Below, one piece after another: positions 29,201-36,433 of a stretch of 64,000 nucleotides of DNA (the stretch's first letter is position 1; the number at the start of each line of letters is the position of its first letter). The stretch comes from an uncultured Thermococci archaeon (GTDB lineage: Archaea; CAYQAE01; CAYVLA01), in contig CAZJVP010000081.1 in the NCBI GenBank assembly GCA_964549615.1, forward strand, positions 22,892-86,891. The letters run 5' to 3'. The position numbers and the translations under genes were made by a program. The notes beneath the pieces were generated by a model that was not told the DNA's origin, did no database searches, and worked only from the letters and a program-made list of their open reading frames with translations.

Positions 29201-31269
29201 CGGTCAGGGAATACAACATCTACAGGAGCGTTGTCCCCGGCGTGGAGCAGATCGGCGACCCGTGGGCCACCACCGTTCTGACGATGTACAAGGACACAAG
29301 CAGGGTGGTCGGCGGGACCATCCACTATATGGTCGATGGCACGCGCTACTACTACACGATCAGGGCGGTGGATATGTACGGCAACGAGGGCATGAGATCC
29401 GCAGAGGTCAGCGCGGTCTCCGACAGCCAACCGCCGGGCAAACCTCGCGACCTAACGGCGAGGGCCGAGCCGAACGGCGAGATCACGCTCATGTGGCTCG
29501 CTCCCGTCGGGGAAAGGGCGGCAAGCTACAGGATCTACCGATCCACAAAGTCCGGAACCTTCAACTTCTTGGTACCCCTCGACGAGACAACGAGGATCAT
29601 CTACTATGACAAGAGCGTCAAGAGCATGACGACCTATTACTACGTGGTCAGGGCGGTCGATGAAGCGGGCAACGAGGAACAGAACACCGATGAGGTGTCC
29701 GTCATGGCCTTCGATGCTCCGCCGCAAGCGCCCAGAAACCTCAGGGCCCAGGTGAGGCCCAACGGCTCAATAACCCTCATCTGGGACCAGCCGCTTGGCG
29801 AGATGGTTGCCCACTACAACATCTACCGTTCCCTTGAGTCCGGAAAGTACAACTACGCGGAACCATATGCAAGGACGACCCTGACGACTTTCACCGATGG
29901 CTTCGTGGAGCACGGCATCACCTACTACTACGTCGTCCGGGCAGTGGACAGCACCGGAAACGAGGAAGACAACAAGAACGAGATCTCAAGAATGTCCCAG
30001 GATACGGAGCCCCCGGCGCCTCCCGCCGGACTTGAAGCCATCCCTGCCGGGACAGGAAGCATTTTGTTGCAATGGCGGGACCCCGAGGGGGAGAGACCAG
30101 CAGGCTACATCGTGTATCGGTCGCAATCTCCCTTCTTCAAGCCGGGAATCCAGAACCTCTTGGCCCGGACGCAAGGGAACTCCTACCTCGACGCTGGGCT
30201 GGGGGATGCCCAGACCTACTACTACGTGGTCCACTCCGTAGATTCGATAGGCAATGAGGATGAGAACGAGAACCGGGTGCAGGCAACGACCCCGCCGCCA
30301 CCGCCTTCCAACCTTTCGGCATCGAACAACGAGAGAGGCGAGATCGTCCTCGTCTGGAAGATCCCCAGTACCCCCGCCGCGAAGTTCAGGATCTACAGAT
30401 CCACGAGAAGCAGGAACTACGACCTCTCGAGCCCCTTGGCCGAAGTCCCCTATCCCACGAGCACCTACATCGATTCTGGACTTAACCAGAGCCAGACCTA
30501 CTACTACGTCGTAAGGTCCGTGGATGCCCGCGGCGCCGAGGAGTCCAACCTGAACGAGGTGCACGCCGTCTCGATTGAGACGATCCCGCCGGCTTCTCCA
30601 ACCGCCCTTCGGGCGACCCAGGAAATCAGCGGAGCGATCGGCCTGTCGTGGAACCACCCTGATCCGCGGGACGTATCGCTGTACAATATCTATCGCTGCG
30701 ATGGGGCGCCCAACATCGCCAAGGCCACCCTGCTGGCATCGACGAACCAGACATCGTTTGTGGACGTCAACGTCACGAGCGGCAAGACATATTCCTATCT
30801 GGTGAGGGCGGTCGACATCCACGGCAATCAGGAGGGAAACGTCAACTGGACATCCATCATGTCGCTTGACACGCTTCCGCCGGCGCCCCCAAGCAACCTC
30901 ACGGCGCGGGCTCGGTCTGGAGGATCGATCGAGCTGAGCTGGCAGCCGTCGGGCGAGAGAGGCGTCACCTACAGCATCTACAGGGCCATGTCTAAGGATC
31001 CAGCCAATGCCTCCCTCATAGCGTCCACCAACCTCACGACGTATGTGGATAGCAAGTTGATCAACGGCAGGGAGTACTTCTACCTGGTGCGAGCAAGGGA
31101 TTCTGCAGGCAACGAGGAACGCAATGAGGTGATGGTGAGCGCGGTCGCCAGCAAGGCCGGGCCCAGGGTTCTGCTAGCATTGCTGCTGATCGCCGTCTTT
31201 GTCTCGGGAGCCTATGCTGTGGACAGACGCATACGGACCTCGCAGACGCGCACGAGCGCTCGTGGGTGA
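26278..31269 (+). CDS. Large cell-surface protein with 15 fibronectin type III repeats
   Basis: Signal peptide from GTG 26278; 15 copies of L.W...Y.IYRS...YYYVVRAVD.AGN; C-terminal TM VLLALLLIAVFVSGAYAV plus basic tail. Confidence 0.9.
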   Translation: MRPLRTEWILALAFGLFASTVMAGTDRQLMAFEDSSYSLENRFFRTGSTIYFQALGTAQASSPVLYVRLMGVEIQVALTEVAPRSGIYRGVFRTGSVTDDSRDMIATYNGAVLQLRSDIDRDGITGTTDVLNITIDDQPPIPPRWCDANATPYGSVRVNWTEYGEADFRRYTVVRALRQDFADAVDVANITNPKILQWTDPEYNLISGTSYWYGVYVVDLAGNPSVIRAAERPVVPFNDTKPPGKVTGLKATAPEGGNSINLTWKASPEKDVVGYSIYHSVVPPVEIANRNLIGFVTTTSFLHEGISANYLHFYVVVAFDEEENPSPASAPVNATPDDTLPPGPPTNLAISTDATGYLNLTWSAPVGEEVYRYRIYRSEESGAQQFWNPLASTSQTSYLDQAVVHGKTYYYVVRACDRAGNEEKNTIQVAATSVDTTPPRPPRGLRAEETNIGGRIKLVWLAPGGEVPAEYWIFRSTTPGGQNFSNPLAVVSKTQFTDRTVQDGVIYYYVVRAVDIAGNVETNTNEIAVMSRDLTPPPPVLDVIALPQQGGVIGVGWMPPGSNVEDPDLAKQIRDDVHHYNVYWNTYQGFKPDPSKMFSTTETSIRHTNLIDGQTYYYIVRSVDAAGNENKDDDKTSASAVADTSPPGAPTNLKTFRLEDGRIKLDWDAPSGEQPYRYNIYRSTAPGTQSYRFPFAMAFAETEWIDDNVTNGQRYYYVVRSADFLLNEDANTNEVWNFSEDLMPPPAPRGLKVTQLAKGDLMLNWTEPEYQVASPRGTVRDADRVAFYRVYVSELPGQQDFSRPVAETKETYFIDRGLRDMVNYYYVVRSVDSAGNEDENRNEVRGTADASPPSPPVDAFAQRSPRGEVVLSWSDPDGEPVFEYRIYKFTGNETQTFTSPLAVTRKNLFVDNDVSQAVQYRYVIRSVDKAGNEGRNTNEILAPVLLGPPLKVEARASKGGAIDLTWEPPAGAKDSVREYNIYRSVVPGVEQIGDPWATTVLTMYKDTSRVVGGTIHYMVDGTRYYYTIRAVDMYGNEGMRSAEVSAVSDSQPPGKPRDLTARAEPNGEITLMWLAPVGERAASYRIYRSTKSGTFNFLVPLDETTRIIYYDKSVKSMTTYYYVVRAVDEAGNEEQNTDEVSVMAFDAPPQAPRNLRAQVRPNGSITLIWDQPLGEMVAHYNIYRSLESGKYNYAEPYARTTLTTFTDGFVEHGITYYYVVRAVDSTGNEEDNKNEISRMSQDTEPPAPPAGLEAIPAGTGSILLQWRDPEGERPAGYIVYRSQSPFFKPGIQNLLARTQGNSYLDAGLGDAQTYYYVVHSVDSIGNEDENENRVQATTPPPPPSNLSASNNERGEIVLVWKIPSTPAAKFRIYRSTRSRNYDLSSPLAEVPYPTSTYIDSGLNQSQTYYYVVRSVDARGAEESNLNEVHAVSIETIPPASPTALRATQEISGAIGLSWNHPDPRDVSLYNIYRCDGAPNIAKATLLASTNQTSFVDVNVTSGKTYSYLVRAVDIHGNQEGNVNWTSIMSLDTLPPAPPSNLTARARSGGSIELSWQPSGERGVTYSIYRAMSKDPANASLIASTNLTTYVDSKLINGREYFYLVRARDSAGNEERNEVMVSAVASKAGPRVLLALLLIAVFVSGAYAVDRRIRTSQTRTSARG

Positions 31270-31276
31270 GACGCGA

Positions 31277-32647
31277 ATGGAGGAAGCGCTCGAAGAATCG
31301 ATGAAGTCCTTCATGAGGAAGAGGGTCTTCGCGCTCCTGCTCACCAACTTCCTTGGGAACCTGGAGCTAAAGAGGATAGAAGTCCAGATCGGCCGTGAGA
31401 CCAAACTCGACCTATCGCGGAAGAAGTTCGAGGACGCCTTCAAGCTGAACTCGCTGGAATCGATCTCCCACATCCTGCTCAACGAGATAATGCCCATGAT
31501 AGAGAAGAAGCCCAGCTTCTTCTCGACCAGGCAGAGGAGCATCTGCGAGAAGGAGATAAGGGGCGTGATCGACTGGCCCCGAACCTTCAAGCGCAACCTC
31601 TGCCAGGGACAGCTGATCGGCAAGGAGTTCGTCGTGGTGAACCCTCGACAGGAGTGGGACACCCCCGAGAACCTGCTCTCCATGCTTTGCCTCCTTGACA
31701 TAGTGAAGAACACGTCGTACTTCAAGAGAACGTTCAGGGAATCGGTGGAGAGCTCAAAGTGGTCCGAGAGGATCGTGGAGTCGCGGGTCCTCGACGCGAT
31801 TGCCCAAGAAGGGCTGAGAAGAACCAAGATGCCCTACTTCAGGGACATGGAGGAAGAAGTCGAGGAACTCTTGGACGACTCGTCAAAGATCGAGGAGCTG
31901 GAACGGGAGTTCGAAAGGCGGGTTCAGCTCAATCTTATTCGGAACCCCGGATACGAGCGAGTCTATCAGTGGCGAAGGGAGTTCTTGGGGCAGGCCGACG
32001 TGCAGAGGGAGTCGACCAGGATCCTCAGGGACATACCGGGCGAGGGCATCGAGTACATGTCCAAGCTCTACGAGATCTGGACGCTCTTCGAGGTCGCCGA
32101 CGTCATGGAGGAGCAGGTCCAGCTTTTCAAGTACTACTCCGAGGTCGGCGAGGGCCCCCTCTTCACCGGGACCCTGCCCAACCCCAGCCGCGAGGGAATC
32201 TCATCCGAGAACATCGAGATCGAGCTCTACTACCTTCCGGCACAACGCGTGGCGGAGGGCGTATGGCGGAGGAGCGCTCAAGCAAAAAGCTTTCTCCGAG
32301 CCTTCTACCCAGACGGGACGAAGGAGGACAGAGCCATCTACCTGCGAGGCTCCTGCCCCATGGAGTTCTCACCCGGCCAGAAGAGGAGGGTCGAGGTGTC
32401 GGTTGGGATCTTCCCAAGGTTCAGGGAAATCCAGACCCAGATCGAGCCCGAGGTTGACCTGATCGCTCTCCCGCTTCACCCGTCCGACGACAGGGAAGCT
32501 CTGAACCGCAAGCTCCTGTACAATCTCACCAAGTACATCCGCGGCATTCCGTTCTCGTCCGAATCCAAAGGAATCGTGCTTCATCCCGCGACCTGGTCAC
32601 CCCTGACAGGCAGCCCCGGCCAAGCCCTGGGCAGCGTTGAGGCCTGA
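31277..32647 (+). CDS. McrC-like (DUF2357-type) protein, nuclease motif apparently degenerate
   Basis: EIRGVIDWPRT, WDTPENLL, SKLYEIWTLF and terminal LIALPLHP; no PD...(D/E)xK motif visible after LYE.W. Confidence 0.7.
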   Translation: MEEALEESMKSFMRKRVFALLLTNFLGNLELKRIEVQIGRETKLDLSRKKFEDAFKLNSLESISHILLNEIMPMIEKKPSFFSTRQRSICEKEIRGVIDWPRTFKRNLCQGQLIGKEFVVVNPRQEWDTPENLLSMLCLLDIVKNTSYFKRTFRESVESSKWSERIVESRVLDAIAQEGLRRTKMPYFRDMEEEVEELLDDSSKIEELEREFERRVQLNLIRNPGYERVYQWRREFLGQADVQRESTRILRDIPGEGIEYMSKLYEIWTLFEVADVMEEQVQLFKYYSEVGEGPLFTGTLPNPSREGISSENIEIELYYLPAQRVAEGVWRRSAQAKSFLRAFYPDGTKEDRAIYLRGSCPMEFSPGQKRRVEVSVGIFPRFREIQTQIEPEVDLIALPLHPSDDREALNRKLLYNLTKYIRGIPFSSESKGIVLHPATWSPLTGSPGQALGSVEA

Positions 32648-32684
32648 GCGGGGAGCCGAGACGAAAGGCGTGCGGGGTGATGAG

Positions 32685-32804
32685 CGCCGGGGAAGGGAGT
32701 TGAACCCTTGAGCCCCACGAGGGGGCACCAGCTTCCGGTGGCAACTCCGCTCCAGGCTGGCGCATCTGGACGGCCTCAGCCCTAGTCCACTCTGCCACCC
32801 CGGC
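32685..32804 (-). tRNA. tRNA-Ser(GGA) with two introns (D-loop 32766-32782; anticodon loop 32734-32749)
   Basis: Acceptor stem GCCGGGG/CCCCGGC, discriminator G, anticodon stem CCAGC/GCTGG, long variable arm, T-arm AAGGG-TTCAACT-CCCTT; 87 nt after removing both introns; CCA not encoded. Confidence 0.9.
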
Positions 32805-33402
32805 GCCGGCTGAGAAGAACCCTGTAGCCTGACCTCCTCCCTGTCTCCTCCAGATTCCCGAAGGTCTCCTGCATCAGGGATGAGAGGGGCCTGGCACCCA
32901 TCCTTGTCCTTGCGACGATCTGCAGGCTCCCCCCTTCTCTTAAATATTTGCGGGCCAGGCGCACGATATTCGCCAAGAGGCTTCTTCCAGCCCTTATCGG
33001 AGGATTGCACAACACCACATCGAATTTGGCAGCGAAGGGTGAGTACAAGTCCCCGACCACGACGAGCCATGGCCCGGCCGCATGCTTCCGGAGGTTGGCC
33101 GCGGCCAACCAGGCCGCTCGCTCATTGATCTCAACGCCAATCACGCTAGCTCCCATCTGCGATGCGCAGACCGCCAGCGCTCCGTATCCGCATCCAAGGT
33201 CCAGGACAAGGCTGCCGACGGGCACTTGCATCTTATCGATCAAAAGAAGGGTTCCTTTGTCGACGGCCCGATAGGAGAATACGCCGGGAGATGTCAGGAG
33301 GTCGAACTTGCGACCCCGGAAGTAGAGGGTGACCGTTCCAGGCTTGTACCGTCCGCGCGGCTTTCGGGAGAAGTAGTGCTCAAACGGAGACGCCATCGGC
33401 AT
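32782..33402 (-). CDS. Class I SAM-dependent methyltransferase (RsmC/MTS-like small domain)
   Basis: EHYFS, GVFS...D.GT.LL, LDLGCGYG, NPPIRAG, GYRV. Confidence 0.88.
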   Translation of the reverse strand: MPMASPFEHYFSRKPRGRYKPGTVTLYFRGRKFDLLTSPGVFSYRAVDKGTLLLIDKMQVPVGSLVLDLGCGYGALAVCASQMGASVIGVEINERAAWLAAANLRKHAAGPWLVVVGDLYSPFAAKFDVVLCNPPIRAGRSLLANIVRLARKYLREGGSLQIVARTRMGARPLSSLMQETFGNLEETGRRSGYRVLLSRRRGGRVD

Positions 33403-33522
33403 CCTCTTGAAGGTCCATTCCCAAGACAAAAAGGAGCAGGCCGATATTAAAAGCCATCATGGGAAAAAGGCCGAATTCAATCTCAATAGCCGGGCTATCT
33501 GGACCAAATTTGGCAGAAATGC

Positions 33523-34485
33523 CTACCTCCAGTACCTAGGGTAGACGCCTCTCGGCATCACTACCCTGGCAAGATCGACCGCCATTCCCGAGTCCCGCTC
33601 GAATATCTCCTTTGCCGACAAGCGGCTTTGCCCCACGCCGATAAGTTCCCCCTTCAACGTCAGCACCGCAACGGTGCCCATGGCTGTAACGGTGCTCTCG
33701 CACTTGACGATCCCAGGCAGGGCAAGGCCTGCCCCGTTGCAAAGCGCTTCCACGGCCGTGTCTCGGACCCAGATCTTGGGCATGTCTTTGATGAACTCCT
33801 CGACCGGCAGCACTAGTCTCCTGAGCTCGGTCTCGTCACCGTGTTCTCTGAGATAGTGCATCGCGTCGACCAGATCTTGGAGCGTGCAGCAGTCGCTCTC
33901 CGAGAAACGGCCCGAGCGAATCCTTCTCAACTCGGACATGTTCGCCCCGACGAGCAGCGCTTCGCCCATATCCCGACACAGCTTCCTGATGTAGGTTCCT
34001 GCCTCGCACGAGACCTCGAATAGGATGTCGCGCCCCTTGCGCTCGATGAGGTTTAGGGAGTAGATCATCCTTTCCCTGGACTCCCTTTTGACAGCCGCCT
34101 TGACGGGCGGTGTCTGGAGAATCTTGCCGGTGAAGGCCGAGAAGACCTCCCGGACCTTTCCGTCATCGACTTCGCCGTGAAGCGTCATCACACAGACGTA
34201 GGCCTTGTCCGACTTGAGCAGGTACCTTACGAGACGGGTTGACCGCCCCAGAGCTATCGGCAAAACTCCCGACACCTTAGGATCCAGGGTGCCGCCGTGT
34301 CCGGCCCTCTCCACCTTGAGAACGTCCCTGACCCAAGCAACTACTTGGTGGGACGTGGGGCCGCGGGGCTTGTCCAAGTTGACTATGCCAAAGTCCAACA
34401 GCTGACTGACGGGACGCTTGTAGGGATCCACGCCAAACTGAGGGTCGGTGGTGTCCTTGGATCTCAGGTATATCTCAACATCCAC
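33523..34485 (-). CDS. cbf5: H/ACA RNA-guided pseudouridine synthase Cbf5
   Basis: LDKPRGPTSHQV, GHGGTLDPKVSG, GTYIRKLC, PUA domain. Confidence 0.95.
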   Translation of the reverse strand: MDVEIYLRSKDTTDPQFGVDPYKRPVSQLLDFGIVNLDKPRGPTSHQVVAWVRDVLKVERAGHGGTLDPKVSGVLPIALGRSTRLVRYLLKSDKAYVCVMTLHGEVDDGKVREVFSAFTGKILQTPPVKAAVKRESRERMIYSLNLIERKGRDILFEVSCEAGTYIRKLCRDMGEALLVGANMSELRRIRSGRFSESDCCTLQDLVDAMHYLREHGDETELRRLVLPVEEFIKDMPKIWVRDTAVEALCNGAGLALPGIVKCESTVTAMGTVAVLTLKGELIGVGQSRLSAKEIFERDSGMAVDLARVVMPRGVYPRYWR

Positions 34486-34514
34486 CGCCGACCACCAAGA
34501 ACGCGGGGATCTTC

Positions 34515-34772
34515 TCAGGAGATGAATGCTTCGAGGAGGCCCGACTTCTCGAGAACCTTTATGATCTCCTCGTCCTCCGCCCTCCTGCGAATCTCGATCT
34601 TCTTGTCCAACGGCTCCAGGTGGGCCACGTTGCATCGTCGCCTCTTCACGCCCGATATCTTCTCGGGCCCCGTGACGAGGACGAAGTTCTTGTCGATGTG
34701 GTCGACAACGATGCACTTCCTTCCGCTCTCATTTCCCTGAATCTTTATGCATACCCTTCCTATTTCGATCAT
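34515..34772 (-). CDS. rpl14e: 50S ribosomal protein L14e
   Basis: IEIGRVCIK..G.E.G.KC.VVD, GVKRRRCN..HLEP. Confidence 0.95.
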   Translation of the reverse strand: MIEIGRVCIKIQGNESGRKCIVVDHIDKNFVLVTGPEKISGVKRRRCNVAHLEPLDKKIEIRRRAEDEEIIKVLEKSGLLEAFIS

Positions 34773-35320
34773 GTCTGTCTCCTCCTTATCCCTCTCGCCC
34801 CGAGCACATCCAGGGCCTTGCGGACGATTTCGACGATCTCACCCGGCAGATACGTTCCGCTGTTGACCACGATGTCGTAAACCTCCATATCGCGCACGTC
34901 GATGTTGTATATCTGCTTGTACCTGCGCCTCTCGCTCTCCTCCCTCTCCTTGACGCGCCTAATAGCTTCTTCCGTGGAGAGTCCGTCCCTCTCGGCGATC
35001 CTCCTTGCCCTCTCCTCAAATCGTGCGACGAGGCACACCTTGAGGTCCGGATCCTCGATCATCCATGCGCTCAGCCTCGAATCCACCACCACGTCCTTTC
35101 CTCGGGAAAGCCGCACCTGCATCTCGTCGACCGCGCGGTCTACTCCGTGATCCTCCTCCGCGAGCTTCGAGTATGCCTCAAGATCCATCCCCCTTTCGGC
35201 TGCCATTTGCCTGAAAACTTGGCCAGCGCTTAGGTATTCCAGCCCTAGCTCGCATGCCAGCAACTTGGCAAACGTCGTCTTGCCGCTCCCGGGCAACCCG
35301 CCCACCGTGATCGTGGCCAA
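34769..35320 (-). CDS. cmk: Cytidylate kinase
   Basis: GLPGSGKTT, SAGQVFR, RE.SE..RY..IY.ID; conserved gene position. Confidence 0.92.
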   Translation of the reverse strand: MATITVGGLPGSGKTTFAKLLACELGLEYLSAGQVFRQMAAERGMDLEAYSKLAEEDHGVDRAVDEMQVRLSRGKDVVVDSRLSAWMIEDPDLKVCLVARFEERARRIAERDGLSTEEAIRRVKEREESERRRYKQIYNIDVRDMEVYDIVVNSGTYLPGEIVEIVRKALDVLGARGIRRRQT

Positions 35321-35328
35321 CTAAAGCC

Positions 35329-35589
35329 TCAGCCCCCCATTTCTTTCCTGGCGAGTTCGACCATCTTTCGCCTTGCGCACACGGGGCAAAGCGATCCGCC
35401 GAATGGCCGATTTGGCTTCCGGCTTGACTTGGATCGCCCGGCCTTCCGGTGAGGGACCGAGCTCAGGATCCTGCCACATTCGCATCTTGCCTTCCCGTGT
35501 TTCTTTCTCTTCAAACGGACCTGAACCCCTGTAAGGGTCCTCCTCACCCTCATTCTCATCGAACGCGACCTTAGGCTCCTGCGCGGCAT
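35329..35589 (-). CDS. rpl34e: 50S ribosomal protein L34e
   Basis: LRSRS.R, C.CG..L, PNRPFGG.LC..C. Confidence 0.9.
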   Translation of the reverse strand: MPRRSLRSRSMRMRVRRTLTGVQVRLKRKKHGKARCECGRILSSVPHRKAGRSKSSRKPNRPFGGSLCPVCARRKMVELARKEMGG

Positions 35590-36432
35590 CTAGACCACTC
35601 CGAACATCTTCCTGAATATTGAGCTGAACCAGGTGGCGGATGCAAAGTACCATGCTATGAAGCCGAACTGGTCAGCACTGATAGCATTGTTCTGGTGGAA
35701 GAACTGCATGAAGCTCAACCTGAATGGCAGCTCGACCACGGGCACTAGGTTGTAATGGGCCTGGAGGAAGTAGAATACAGCGAACAGCGGAATCATGTAA
35801 ATTATCATGGGCTTGAACTGGCTTCTCATCAGTTCCGACTGAAGGCTTAACATCTCCGCCTGCTTCTTCTTCATCTTGGCAATCTTCTTCTGGTCGCCGC
35901 TGCGCTGTGCGGCCATCAATTCCTTCTGGAACTCGCTCACCTTCTCCCGTACGACCTTGAGCCTCTTCTGATCAACCATGTAGTAGCTCAGCAACGTGGT
36001 GAAAAGTGAGGTGAGCGCGGAGAGGACGAAGATGACGAACTTGGCATTGCCCTGGCTCATCATCTTGGTGACCTCGAACTCGGCGACAAGCATCTCGCTC
36101 ACGATCCTTTGCTGCTCGAAATCCACCCCGCTTACGTTGAGGTCAAGTCTCCACCTGCCCTCTCGGTTGAAAGGCGTCCTCCAGCTGAAGTTGCTCCCCG
36201 CCCCCACGTCGGCAAGCTTTTCAAGCCGGATCACGGTTCCGTCCGGACCGACGAAGTTGCCTTCCATGCTTATGCCCGTCAAAGAGGGATTGCCGATGGT
36301 GAGCCTGAAGAACACAGTGCTTCCTTCCATCACGCTTGCGTTCAGAACCTGGAGGGTGGAGCCTTGGCAGGACGCTTCCTGCAGAACCGCAATGAACAGC
36401 AGCGCGGCCCATGCTTTGACCCGTATTCGCAC
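35590..36432 (-). CDS. DUF106 / EMC3-TMCO1 (Oxa1 superfamily) membrane insertase with an extra N-terminal domain
   Basis: TM1, cytosolic coiled coil, QFKPMIIYMIP, GFIAWYF...FRKMFG; located between secY and rpl34e. Confidence 0.85.
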   Translation of the reverse strand: MRIRVKAWAALLFIAVLQEASCQGSTLQVLNASVMEGSTVFFRLTIGNPSLTGISMEGNFVGPDGTVIRLEKLADVGAGSNFSWRTPFNREGRWRLDLNVSGVDFEQQRIVSEMLVAEFEVTKMMSQGNAKFVIFVLSALTSLFTTLLSYYMVDQKRLKVVREKVSEFQKELMAAQRSGDQKKIAKMKKKQAEMLSLQSELMRSQFKPMIIYMIPLFAVFYFLQAHYNLVPVVELPFRLSFMQFFHQNNAISADQFGFIAWYFASATWFSSIFRKMFGVV

Positions 36433-36433
36433 C

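Noticed and set aside
26278-31269. CRISPR array or DGR template in the repetitive region
   Set aside because: The repeats are diverged in-frame FN3 coding units. No repeat-spacer periodicity, cas gene or reverse transcriptase was seen in the window.
23793-32647. Assigning the operon to the CoCoNuT subclass of McrBC systems
   Set aside because: No long coiled-coil fusion, helicase, HEPN or extra nuclease domains are visible.
18550-32685. tRNA-integrated island or provirus ending at tRNA-Ser
   Set aside because: No integrase, viral genes or duplicated tRNA 3' end were seen. The 37-bp gap to the tRNA is suggestive but insufficient.
34486-34716. Apparent N-terminal extensions of Cbf5 (also SecY, uL30, Rpp29 and uL6 in the ORF track)
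   Set aside because: They overlap upstream genes in other frames and are artefacts of longest-ORF calling.
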